A stretch of DNA of 64,000 bases, from NCBI GenBank assembly GCA_950097015.1, contig CATNEN010000030.1:3038001-3102000 (forward strand), in the 5' to 3' direction. Of the stretch, positions 10,293 through 22,177 are shown one piece after another; the first letter of the stretch is position 1, and every line of letters starts with the position of its first letter. This stretch comes from Macrostomum hystrix (lineage: Eukaryota > Animalia > Platyhelminthes). Made by a program: the position numbers and the translations under genes. The notes beneath the pieces are model-generated. The model worked only from the letters and a program-made list of their open reading frames with translations, ran no database searches and had not been told where the DNA came from.

Positions 10293-11352
10293 ATGAGCAT
10301 CTCCAGCGCTTCGTTTGAAGAAGAAGGCAATGAAGCAAGCTTCGAAGCAGGGAATGAAGAAGGGCCCCCTCCCCCCCCCGCGGCACGTCGCGGAAAGTAT
10401 GACAAAATAACTGATGAGAAACATGACATGATCTTAAACGCTTTGGATCGTGGAGAAACTGCGGCTGCCATCGCGCAGTGGCTCCAGGTGAACCTGCGCA
10501 CCGTATACTCGATACAAAGACGTTACGAAGTCGCAGGTCACCGAAATCGAGGTGCTCGCGGGGGCGCTCGAACAGTGACGATTATCGATGATCACGTGCA
10601 AAAGTTGGTGAGCTGGGTGGAAGATAATCCGCTTCTCACACTGAAGCAAATTCCAGCAGCGAGAAACTCTGACGAGAACATTGCGCGCCGCCAGGTCTTC
10701 GCTCAGTGGCTGATCGAGCTAGAACCAGAATGTCATCTCATATACATTGATGAGACAGGCTTCAATATATGGACACGTCGGTCGCAGGGTCGCAGCATCA
10801 GAGGGCAGAGAGTTCGGCGCAAATTACATACGCAACGTGGTGTGCAGGTGAATGTGATACAAGCTATGTCTCCTAACATCGGCCTGGTCAGCAACAAGAT
10901 CCTGGCGGAGACAATGACGGCAAATAAGTTCCAGGACTTCATTAATGAAATGGTGCAGAGCGTTGTGTCACGCGAGGATGTGAATGAAGGTGACAACTTC
11001 TGCGTGATCATGGATGGCGCTCGCTTCCACAACGCAGCCACTATCCCAGAAGATTACCGGCAACCATTCACAACGAATTGTGAAGCTCCCGCCGTACTCA
11101 CCATTCCTCAATCCAGTGGAGAACGCGCATGCGTGCTTAAAGGCTGCCATCCTGCGCTAGATGGCGCTGTAGGAATTACAAGAAGAACTCGACAGCGCGC
11201 CGGTTGGTTACTCGTTGCGTGACTGGCGAGTTCTTGTACTTCACCGAATTGCCGAGACTGCAACTACTGAGGTGACAGTCGGCAAGTGCGGTGGCTGGTT
11301 CCAGATGATGCGATTTCTGCCAGCGTGCATGGCAGGAGAAGCAATGGCTTAA
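10293..11352 (+). pseudogene. DDE (IS630/Tc1-like) transposase pseudogene
   Basis: N-terminal HTH, IYIDETGF, IMDGARFH, then a frameshift near 11078 to VKLPPYSPFLNPVE; two in-frame TAG stops; apparent in-frame deletion after NPLLTLKQ. Confidence 0.85.
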
Positions 11353-11555
11353 GCCCGGCAGTGATAAGTCAATTTGCGGACTGAATTTTTTCCACCTCCC
11401 ACTGTTTGGCAGGATTTTCATTCAAGTTTCTAGAATGCTGTTCATTTGTTTTAACTGTGCTCCATTGTGTTATGTTACATTTTTGTAAATTTTCTATGCA
11501 GTTTGATATAGCCCTGTCTGCAAAGTTGCAACATGATTAAATGCGCGCTTGCAGG

Positions 11556-12660
11556 ATTAAATTGAATGCAGGTTTGCCACAGTCCGAGCCATAGACAGGC
11601 TGCCAGAGCAACTGCTGCAGCATTGCTGCACCTACTTATGATTAAATTGAATGCAGGTTTGCCACAGTCCGAGCCATAGACAGGCTGCCAGAGCAACTGC
11701 TGCAGTATTGCTGCACCTACTTATGATTAAATTGAATGCAGGTTTGCCACAGTCCGAGCCATAGACAGGCTGCCAGAGCAACTGCTGCAGTATTGCTGCA
11801 CCTACTTATGATTAAATTGAATGCAGGTTTGCCACAGTCCGAGCCATAGACAGGCTGCCAGAGCAACTGCTGCAGCATTGCTGCACCTACTTATGATTAA
11901 ATTGAATGCAGGTTTGCCACACTCCGAGCCATAGACAGGCTGCCAGAGCAACTGCTGCAGCATTGCTGCACCTACTTATGATTAAATTGAATGCAGGTTT
12001 GCCACAGTCCGAGCCATAGACAGGCTGCCAGAGCAACTGCTGCAGTATTGCTGCACCTACTTATGATTAAATTGAATGCAGGTTTGCCACAGTCCGAGCC
12101 ATAGACAGGCTGCCAGAGCAACTGCTGCAGTATTGCTGCACCTACTTATGATTAAATTGAATGCAGGTTTGCCACAGTCCGAGCCATAGACAGGCTGCCA
12201 GAGCAACTGCTGCAGTATTGCTGCACCTACTTATGATTAAATTGAATGCAGGTTTGCCACAGTCCGAGCCATAGACAGGCTGCCAGAGCAACTGCTGCAG
12301 CATTGCTGCACCTACTTATGATTAAATTGAATGCAGGTTTGCCACAGTCCGAGCCATAGACAGGCTGCCAGAGCAACTGCTGCAGTATTGCTGCACCTAC
12401 TTATGATTAAATTGAATGCAGGTTTGCCACAGTCCGAGCCATAGACAGGCTGCCAGAGCAACTGCTGCAGTATTGCTGCACCTACTTATGATTATATTGA
12501 ATGCAGGTTTGCCACAGTCCGAGCCATAGACAGGCTGCCAGAGCAACTGCTGCAGTATTGCTGCACCTACTTATGATTATATTGAATGCAGGTTTGCCAC
12601 AGTCCGAGCCATAGACAGGCTGCCAGAGCAACTGCTGCAGTATTGCTGCACCTACTTATG
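11556..12660. repeat. 13 tandem copies of an 85-bp TIR-derived unit
   Basis: ATTAAATTGA recurs at 11556, 11641, 11726, 11811 and so on; the unit is the reverse complement of a segment present once in the left TIR. Confidence 0.95.
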
Positions 12661-12975
12661 ATTATATCGAATGCTTGCAGGATTAACTAGGCAGCAAAAA
12701 GCTATATTTAAATATGCACTAGCCAGTGTCCTGTGTCCTGTCTATGGACAAGACAAACCAATTGAATAGAATTTGTCCATGGAATCATGTCTATTTCTCT
12801 GTCCATGGCTATAAAGAAGAGCCGAAGAACTTAAACAGAGTCTCGCAATTGGATTGAAGCAAATTGACAGCAGACCTATGTTGTCAATCAGAGAACAGCA
12901 AGAAAAAAATCTTCCAAATTTTCCAGTCTTTAAAGTTTCAAATGGACATTGAGTCTCTGATTTGGATCTGCATCG

Positions 12976-13821
12976 TTAGGGTTTAGCTCTCGAGCTGGCA
13001 CCGGTTGGTTTGTACTTTTTCCACTGACCTCCGGTAGCCAGATCGTAGTCAACCTGGAAGTCGCGAAACTCCAAATGACGACAGGCGCCGTTGGACTCGC
13101 TGTAGAGTACTCCGGTGCTCACCGGATTCGTGACCGCAGTTGCCAGGCAGTCCACTAGGCTAAGCTTGCCTGCCTGGATGCTGTAGCAATACTCGTTTGG
13201 CTGACGATAACCGACGGTGGCGAAGTTGGTTCGCTGCCAGAAATTTGCGGATGACGGAGCGGCTGTGTCAGGCGCTGGCAGGCAGAGCACGGAGTGCAGC
13301 TCAGAGCAGTTCCTAATCTCGATGCTATCGTTGCTGGGCCGGTAGAGCAGGCAGTCCACGGGGTCGGAAATTCCTCGGCTTAGTTTGTTAGAAATTTCAA
13401 GGGTGGAATTTTTATAGATTGTATCAACTGAACTCGTACTATATGTACCTCGTGCAAATTTAGTGAACAAAGCTGTGCTGCTATCAGCCAATGCTTGAAC
13501 AGACAGGCCAGTCCAGAACGCGACACCCGCGCTCTTCGGTTCCTGCAGCTTTAGAAGGTTGGCAGTGGCGTCAGCGCTGAGCGCCAGCAGCGACAGACGC
13601 CCACCGATTGATTGACAGGTGCGAGCGGCGCCGCACCAGGTTCGCGCCGGGTCGGCCGCAGCGAAAGCGCAGGTGAAATCGTCCAACTGGAAGCCAAAAC
13701 CTGCGGGGCCTGAGGCGCAATTCACCCTGATGGCGGTGCTGTCTAATGTTAATGTTTTAGTGACTGCGCCTCTGGTGAGGCAAAAGATAATCAGCATGGC
13801 TAGTGTAGCAGTGGCTTGCAT
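12976..13821 (-). CDS. Secreted C-type-lectin-like domain protein, 281 aa, apparently single exon
   Basis: Hydrophobic signal peptide; WCGAARTCQSIGGRL, FWTGL and DCLLYR...RNCSELHSVLC follow the CTLD Cys/Trp pattern; Cys-containing C-terminal part unassigned. Confidence 0.7.
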   Translation of the reverse strand: MQATATLAMLIIFCLTRGAVTKTLTLDSTAIRVNCASGPAGFGFQLDDFTCAFAAADPARTWCGAARTCQSIGGRLSLLALSADATANLLKLQEPKSAGVAFWTGLSVQALADSSTALFTKFARGTYSTSSVDTIYKNSTLEISNKLSRGISDPVDCLLYRPSNDSIEIRNCSELHSVLCLPAPDTAAPSSANFWQRTNFATVGYRQPNEYCYSIQAGKLSLVDCLATAVTNPVSTGVLYSESNGACRHLEFRDFQVDYDLATGGQWKKYKPTGASSRAKP

Positions 13822-14789
13822 GTTGAATATATCCGAGTGGGATTCGTATGGACAATTGGATTGGCGATTCGCTGATCAGACACCTGTATTTATTGAGTTT
13901 CAGCAACAGATGAATTACCATTCAAACCATAGGAGAAAATGAAGAAAGTTAAACACCGGTAATGGGATCGCGGATGGGCAATAGAGCTGGACCTGGCTCC
14001 ACGGGAACACCGGATACCGTATTGTCAACTCCATGTTCCATTGTTTAACTAGCATGCCAGAATCTAGGGACGTCGAGGGGTGGCAAGGTATTTAACTTCT
14101 AATAATTTGGAAGTTTGCACATCTACATGGTTACTCTTGTAGGATTTTGAGGCTTAATCCTTCCTTTACTAGGTAGATTGTGTTGCTAAGGAAAACATGG
14201 ACACCAATAGGTACTTAGACCTGCGGAATCCCATGAAATGTTGGGATTGATTTAGATTTCCCAGTTTTCCTACGCGAGGTAGATGGCGTTGTTAAGGAAA
14301 ACATGGAAACCAAGCGATAGTATTGGTCCTAACTCATTGTGTTCTAAATATTGCCCTTCTAATACACTACTAGCGCATTGACAAGTCAGTAGTATAGTTC
14401 GCTATTTTTTAGTATTTCACTACCGAAACTTATTAATCCCGATAGCTCTGGGATTTTGTTCACTTCCTCCCCATTGGCCGGCTGATCATATTATTATCCC
14501 GCTAGCTAAGGAGAGTTTTTCTAAAAGTCCAGAAAAACTTTTCAGCTGGCGAGTCATTTGACAAACACAACTTTCCAAATTTTCATATGGTTTTGCTAGT
14601 CTTTGACGGCAAAGGCGGTTGGCCAGCTAGGGCCTAATCCCAGGAAGATTAAAAATTAGGGAAAAAAGCAGGTTGACTGGCTTTTCCGCACAACTGTTAA
14701 GCAAGTTGGTCAATTCTTGCAGGCCTTAGTGATTGGAGTGGCTTCAATTCCTTGACTGAACCAGAAATCGGAATGAATGCGAAGACTTT

Positions 14790-15570
14790 TATATCTGGGA
14801 TTTTTATATTCGATTTGGGATTTGGGATTGATAAATTTCAGGTTGCAGGTGTTTAGGATTTCGGAATTGAGGATTTCTGATTCGAGGATTTTAGATTAGA
14901 AGATTTCAGATTTAAGGATTTCCGATTTAAGGATTTCGATTTGAGGATTTCGATTTGAGGATTTCGATTTGAGGATTTCGAAATTGATGATTTCTGATTC
15001 GAGGATTTTAGATTTAAGGATTTCAGATTTAAGGATTTCAAATTTGAGTTTTTTAATTTGAGGATTTCGAAATTGCGGATTTCGATTTGAGGTTTTTGAT
15101 TTGAGGATTTTGATTTGAGGATTTCGATTTGAGGATTTCGAAATTGCGGATTTCGATTTAAGGTTTTTGATTTGAGGATTTTGATTTGAGGATTTCGATT
15201 TAAGGTTTTTGAAATTGCGGATTTCGATTTGAGGATTTCGAAATTGCGGATTTCGATTTGAGGATTTCGAAATTGCGGATTTCTATTTGAGGTTTTTGAT
15301 TTGTGGATTTTGATTTGAGGATTTCAGATTTGAGGATTTCAGATTTGAGGATTTCAGATTTGAGGATTTCAGATTTGAGGATTTCAGATTTGATGATTTC
15401 AGATTTGAGGATTTCAGATTTGAGGATTTCGGATTATATGATATTAGATTTGAGGATTTTGGATTTCAGAATTTCACATTTGAGGATTTCGGAACTGAGG
15501 ATTTAGGACTTGAGAATTTCGGATTTAAGGATTTCGGATTTTAAGATTTCAGATTTGAGGACTTTAGATA
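14790..15570. repeat. Degenerate 14/15-bp repeat (GGATTTC(A)GATTTGA)
   Basis: Directly visible, heterogeneous units. Confidence 0.9.
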
Positions 15571-16471
15571 GACAATGTTTACAATGTGCAAAATGTGAAA
15601 AAATCTGTGCAAAAAGAAAGTCACCTAAGGAAATTTCAAGCTGTCTCTTCCAGTGTCTCAGATTTCAGCGAAATAAACCAAAATGGAATGATTAGAAGAT
15701 TTAGCGCAAGGGTTTTGCTATGCCCACCCGAGTTTAATTCATTAAATGTTCTCAGTAAGGTGTGGAACAGGCAGACAAATCCTTCCTACTCGTATGAGGC
15801 GCAGTCTGCCGCGCGGTACGGCACTTGTGTTAAAAATCGATGCGCCCCGGCACACAGTTCTGAGTGGGACGAATTCGCACGCGTGCCAGAAGGAGCGCCT
15901 GACTGCGGTGGGATATTGGGTGTTGGGGCGCCACAGGGGGAGGATTAGAAGAAGCGAAGCTTCCCACAGGCCTTTCTTTTCCCCTTAACCGCAAACTCCT
16001 CCCCGTGGTGTGTGGGGCGGCACGAACTCGCTCCCCCTCTCTCACTTTCTCTCTCCTCTCTCTCAGCCAGTTTTTACGGTAGGAAAATTGGACGGGAAGT
16101 GAATCTGCTGGAGACAGGCGGGGTTGGCCCCCGGGCTTTGGGCAGGCGGTTGCGCGGCTTCGGCTCCTGATAGGGCGGGCTCGGACAGTCTATGGCTGCC
16201 TTCGGGGTAACTAAGGGTGCAATTTTAAGGTAAAAAATCCCAAATCAAGCAAACGCGCACGGCCCCTAGTAGGAATCGTAAGTCCCTCCGCCGTCTGACC
16301 GTAAGCCTAGCACACCTCTCTCTTACGCGTAGATCCAGCTTTGCCACAGACACAAGTACAGACTAATGCTTTTAGGACTCTGTATTATTATTAACTGATC
16401 TGCTAGATCACCAATATGAGTGTCAGTTTTTAATTAGAAAATCTAGTTAACAGGCCGTCTACAGCTGAGGA

Positions 16472-19400
16472 ATGTCGGCGCTGCTGTCGTCATTCAAAAC
16501 GATTTTCGCCTGCCTCCTGATCGGCATTTCGCGAGCTGAGATACGTGAGTTGCTATGGGCAATGCTGACCCACTAAATGACCAATGGGTCTGGTTACTGA
16601 CCCACTCAGTGACCAATGGGTTTGGTAACTGACCCACTGAATGACTAATGGATTTGGTAACTGACCCACTCAGTGACCGATGGGTTTGGTAACTGACCCA
16701 CTCAGTGACCGATGGGTCTGGTTACTGACCCACTCAATGACCAATGGGTCTGGTTACTGACCCACTCAATGACCAATGGGTTAGGTAACTGACCAACTCA
16801 ATGACCAATGGGATTGGTAACTGACCCACTCAATGACCAATGGGTCTGGTTACTGACCCACTCAATGACCAATGGGTTAGGTAACTGACCAACTCAATGA
16901 CCAATGGGTTTGGTAACTGACCCACTTAATGACCAATGGGTTAGGTAACTGACCCACTTATGACCAATGGGTTAGGTAACTGATCACTTATGACCAATGG
17001 ATTGGGTATCTGACCCACTTAATGACCAATGGATTGGGTATCTGACCCACTCAATGACCAATGGATTGGGTATCTGACCCACTTAATGACCAATGGGTTA
17101 GGTAACTGATCACTTATGACCAATGGATTGGGTATCTGACCCACTCAATGACCAATGGGTTTGGTAACTGACCCACTTAATGACCAATGGGTTAGGTAAC
17201 TGACCCACTTATGACCAATGGATTGGGTATCTGACCCACTTAATGACCAATGGGTTAGGTAGCTGATCACTTATGACCAATGGATTGGGTATCTGACCCA
17301 CTCAATGACCAATGGGTTTGGTAACTGACCCACTTAATGACCAATGGGTTAGGTAACTGACCCACTTATGACCAATGGGTTAGGTAACTGATCACTTATG
17401 ACCAATGGATTGGGTATCTGACCCACTCAATGACCAATGGATTGGGTATCTGACCCACTCAATGACCAATGGGTTAGGTAACTGATCACTTATGACCAAT
17501 GGATTGGGTATCTGACCCACTTAATGACCAATGGGTTAGGTAACTGACCCACTTATGACCAATGGATTGGGTATCTGACCCACTTAATAACCAATGGGTT
17601 AGGTAACTGACCCACTTATGACCAATGGATTGGGTATCTGACCCACCTAATGACCAATGGGTTAGGTAACTGACCCACTTATGACCAATGGATTGGGTAT
17701 CTGACCCACTCAATTACCAATGGATTTGGTAACAGGCCCACTCAATGACCAATGGATTTGGTAACAGGCCCACTCAATGACCAATGGATTTGGTAACAGG
17801 CCCACTCAATGACCAATGGATTTGGTAACAGGCCCACTCAATGACCAATGGATTTGGTAACAGGCCCACTCAATGACCAATGGATTTGGTAACAGGCCCA
17901 CTCAATGACCACGAAAATTATCGTCAAAGACTAGAATCCTAATTTGAAACGAATCTGAAATCTGAAAGCACAAGCAGTTAGTATTTTAGCATTTGTTGAT
18001 GAAGTTCAACGCTCTGATCCTCAGCCTCCATTGGTGACGATGAGGTGAAGCTGGTGAATCTGCTGTTCGACCACAAGGGCTACAATCGTTTGATTCGGCC
18101 AGTACCAGACCTTAACCAGACAGTGAAGGTGGACTTTGGCCTGGCAATGATTCAGCTCATCAATGTGGTGGGTGGTCTTAACTACGAGTAGTTCTGCTAT
18201 CATGACTGAATCACACGCATAGAATTACGCATGTTAATAACTGACCTTTCACTGCAGGAAGAGAAGGCTCAGATACTCAAAAGCAATGTTTGGCTACGAA
18301 TGGTGAGCGAAAAAAACTATTGAGCTGAAGGAACTCAGCACCACCTGTATAAGTCACTCACCTACAGCAGTATGAGCCACTCATACAAAACAGTATGAGC
18401 CACTCACCCACACCAGTATGAGCCACTCACCCACACCAGTATGAGCCACTCACCCACACCAGTATGAGCCACTCACCCACACCAGTATGAGCCACTCACC
18501 CACACCAGTATGAGCCACTCACCCACACCAGTATGAGCCACTCACCCACACCAGTATGAGCCACTCACCCACATGAGCTACTCACCCACATGAGCCACTC
18601 ACCCACATGACCGACTCACCCACAGGAGCCACTCACCCACATGAGCAACTCATCCACATGAGCCACTCACCCACATGAGCCACTCACCCACATGACCGAC
18701 TCACCCACATGGTCAACTCACCCACATGAGCCACTCACCCACATGAGCCACTCACCCACATGAGCCACTCACCCACATGAGCCACTCACCCACATGAGCA
18801 ACTCACCCACATGGTCAACTCACCCACATGAGCCACTCACCCACATGAGCCACTCACCCACATGAGCCACTCACCCACATGAGCCACTCACCCACATGAG
18901 CCACTCACCCACATGAGCCACTCACCCACATGAGCCACTCACCCACATGAGCCACTCACCCACATGAGCCACTCACCCACATGAGCCACTCACCCACATG
19001 AGCCACTCACCCACATGAGCCACTCACCCACATGAGCCACTCACCCACATGAGCCACTCACCCACATGAGCCACTCACCCACATGAGCCACTCACCCACA
19101 GTTCCCCCACCTGTCTTGCCCATCCGCAGACGTGGAATGACTATCAGCTGCGCTGGGACCCGGCAGACTTTGGCGGCATCCAGGTGCTGAGGCTCAACCC
19201 AAACAAAATCTGGCGTCCGGACATTGTGCTTTATAATAAGTGAGCAGACGACAGAATTAAATTCAACGCATTTGAAGGGCTGTTCAGTCCATGGACAGGG
19301 GGGACGCCACACCCACACGCAATTACCCCAGCTGATGCTGGTACCCATTTAACAGCTGGGTGAACTGGAGCAATGCAGAGTAAAGTGTCTTGCTAAGGGG

Positions 19401-22177
19401 CACAAATTGTTCCAGTAGAGTCGGGAATCGAACCCCCGACCTTCAAAGTTGTGAGTCTGACGTTCTAACAACAATCCCGGCTACGATTACTAGAAAAATT
19501 TATTGATTAGACAGCCAATGTCCAGTTCCTGTCCCCTGGTCTGTTCCAGCGCTGACGGTCGCTACGAGGTGTCGTGGCAGCCGAACGCCTTGATATTCAG
19601 CACCGGGGCAGTCCTGTGGATTCCGCCGGCAATCTATCAGAGCTCCTGCACCATACATGTTCGCTACTTCCCATTCGACCAGCAGGAGTGCGAGATGAAA
19701 TTCGGCAGCTGGACATTTGACGCTACGCAGGTAATTCGCTTCGCCCACACCCCCCTCCCCCGGAGATCGAGGGACAGTGCCGCCGGCTGGGTCAAAGGGT
19801 GTCTGGGAGGAATCCGGTGGGACCACCGAGCAGTGAGTGATGACGCACCGCCTGCGGAATTCCAGCGATGCGCCTTTAGCGTGAAGCTGTTCTCCCTTGC
19901 ACGCACTTCCCAAATGGGGATGCACTGACACAGGCCAGCTGCTGCGCCAGCCTGATCGATGGGAATCGAAAAGCAAGCGCTGGGGGGAAATCGATAGGTG
20001 AGTGAAGGAGGGAACCGCCTGCTGGAATTGAAATCCGCAATAGAATTAGCGCCCCGCAAAAGGACCAGCAGATCCCACAGCGTTTCTCATTTTATTTGCT
20101 CACTTTCTCAGCAGCATTCTTGAACCCCGCCACCACGCGCGTGTTGCCGAGGTCTGGGATTTTGGCCTCCTTATAGATTCCTTCTGAGCTTGTCCTAAGC
20201 TTGATCGCAACGCTTCCGTGCTGCACGAGCTGCTTTATAATAATAATAATAATTGCAGGAGGGCTGCAGGCAATTCCGCGTCATTTAACGACACTGGACC
20301 CGCCGCCACCGAAATGGGCAATTCTGTCCATTTCGCTGACTCCTGAGCACACATGCACACAGATACTGCACGCAGGCAAACGCTCACACAGGTGTGTACA
20401 TCTGGCCTGACTTTCTCATCGTCAGGTAGTGTACATTTCACTGTGCTTTGGAGGTTGGCCCTCAAGGGCGTAAATCGCACGACAAGCCTCCCAAGCCTTC
20501 TCTCCGCGGCTGCGCCCCAAATAAATGTTGCTCGCCGTGGAATCGAACTTAGGGACCTTGGTGCGAGAGGCAAACTCGAGACGCAAACCGCTCTGCCACC
20601 GACCTCCCTGCACGAGCTCCTTATTGCTTAGGCAAATTTTTTGTTTGTTGGAAGCATACAGAAGCCTAGAAAGTGTTTGATAATCTATGCCATCAGTAAG
20701 CTGTATTCTCTATATAATGCGCAGCTTATAACCGGACAAACGCCTCAGGTTGTTCTAGGTCTGTACGAGAACTCTCGCATGGTCGATCTCAATGACTATT
20801 GGCGATCTGGCTCCTGGGATATCATCGACTGTCCTGGGAACATCAGCATCATCGAGAAGGCCGGCCAGCCGCCGCAGACAATGATTATCTACAGGCTGTC
20901 TATCCGGCGGAAGACACTATTTTACACCGTCAACCTCATCATCCCCTGCGTGCTAATCTCATTCCTAAGCGTGTGCGTTTTCTACCTGCCCGCCGACGCA
21001 GGCGAGAAGATGACGCTGTGCATCTCCATCCTGCTGGCTCTGGTGGTGTTCCTGCTGCTGGTCAGCAAGATGCTGCCGCCAACCTCCATCTCCATTCCAC
21101 TGATATCAAAGTTCCTGCTGTTTACATTCATCATGAACATCTTCACCATCGTTTTCACTGTGATCATTATCAACTGGAACTTCCGCACTCCGCGCACCCA
21201 CAAGATGCCGCGGTGGGTGCGGCGGCTGTTTCTCAAATTCCTGCCGAGGCTGCTGCTGATGAAGCGGCCTGAGCATGTGGACCAGGAGGAGAAGCGAGAG
21301 CTCAGCATGGACAAGTTGGGCGAGAGCGGCATGGCCCGACGAAGAGGCAACTCGGTGGCGGTTCGCAGCAACGGCAGCATGGAGAGAAGGGCGGAGAGCA
21401 GCGCTGATGAGGATGAAGAGGACTTGGCGGATGAAGAGGAAGCTGGAGAGGAGGCCGATGGCGACAGTGACACTGAGGGCGACGGCGGGTCCGGGCGGCA
21501 GCGACAGCGACAGAGGCGGCGGCGTCGCGGCCTTGAAGGCCTGGAGGTGACGCCCGAACTGAGGAGGGCCATAGCGGCTATTAATTTCATATCTACGCAC
21601 CTGCGCGTGGAGGAGGAGTACAAGAGGGTGCGTGCCTTGCTTGCAGAACTTTCTGACAACTGACATTCGCACCTGACATTCGCACCTGACATTCGGCCTG
21701 GAATGAGACACGGGAGAGATGAGACATGGGAGAGATGAGACACGGGAGAGATAAGTCACTGGAGAGACGAGACACGGGAGAGATGAGACACGGGAGAGAC
21801 GAGACACGGGAGAGACGAGACACGGGAGAGACGAGACACGGGAGAGACGAGACACGGGAGAGATGAGACACGGGAGAGACGAGACACGGGAGAGATGAGA
21901 CACGGGAGAGACGAGACACGGGAGAGACGAGACACGGGAGAGACGAGACACGGGAAGAGATGATCTTAAAATGATTTGTCTGATTTATGATTAACTGCAG
22001 GTGCTGCAAGACTGGAAGTACGTGGCATCCGTGATCGATCGCATACAGCTGTTGATTTTCACCACAGTTACTCTGGTTGGCACTGTTGCCATCCTGCTGA
22101 ACGCCCCCTTCATCCTGGAGTTTGTCGACCAAGCCGCCATCATCGACAAGCTGGTCAAGGCACAGAGTTCCGAATGA
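16472..22177 (+). CDS. Nicotinic acetylcholine receptor non-alpha subunit, 535 aa; exons 16472-16544, 18025-18167, 18258-18302, 19130-19239, 19550-19730, 20749-21627, 22001-22177
   Basis: Signal peptide; [26 protein letters not shown], Cys loop [15 protein letters not shown], four TMs with GEK before TM2 and [11 protein letters not shown] before TM4. Loop C has no vicinal Cys-Cys. Total 1608 nt, all phases consistent. Confidence 0.93.
16565..17910. repeat. ~32-bp minisatellite (GACCCACTCAATGACCAATGGGTTTGGTAACT) in nAChR intron 1
   Basis: Visible periodicity with variant blocks. Confidence 0.93.
18385..19100. repeat. 23-bp then 17-bp minisatellite (GAGCCACTCACCCACA core) in nAChR intron 3
   Basis: Visible; the unit shortens from ...CACCAGTAT to ...CACAT along the array. 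Confidence 0.93.
19265..19484 (-). mobile_element. tRNA-derived SINE, copy 2, in nAChR intron 4
   Basis: B box GGTTCGATTCCC; shared body GCAAGACACTT...CAGCTGTTAAATGGGTACCAGCA...GTCCATGGACTGAACAGCC. Confidence 0.85.
21662..21955. repeat. 13-bp repeat (about 3 copies) followed by a 16-bp minisatellite (GAGACACGGGAGAGA(T/C)) in nAChR intron 6
   Basis: Directly visible. Confidence 0.9.

Larger units (their letters stand above)
10091..12704 (+). mobile_element. IS630/Tc1-mariner superfamily DNA transposon with 152-bp TIRs; right TIR expanded by a tandem array
   Basis: Left TIR 10091-10242. Right TIR 11533-12704 equals 152 bp plus 12 extra 85-bp units. TA flanks at 10089-10090 and 12705-12706. 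Confidence 0.9.

Noticed and set aside
11556-12660. CRISPR-like regular array (also considered for the 40-bp and 55-bp repeats)
   Set aside because: Units are contiguous with no unique spacers, there are no cas genes, and the context is eukaryotic.
15586-16260. GC-rich ORFs and possible upstream exons of the nAChR gene
   Set aside because: No recognisable protein motif; probably promoter or UTR, but boundaries cannot be supported.
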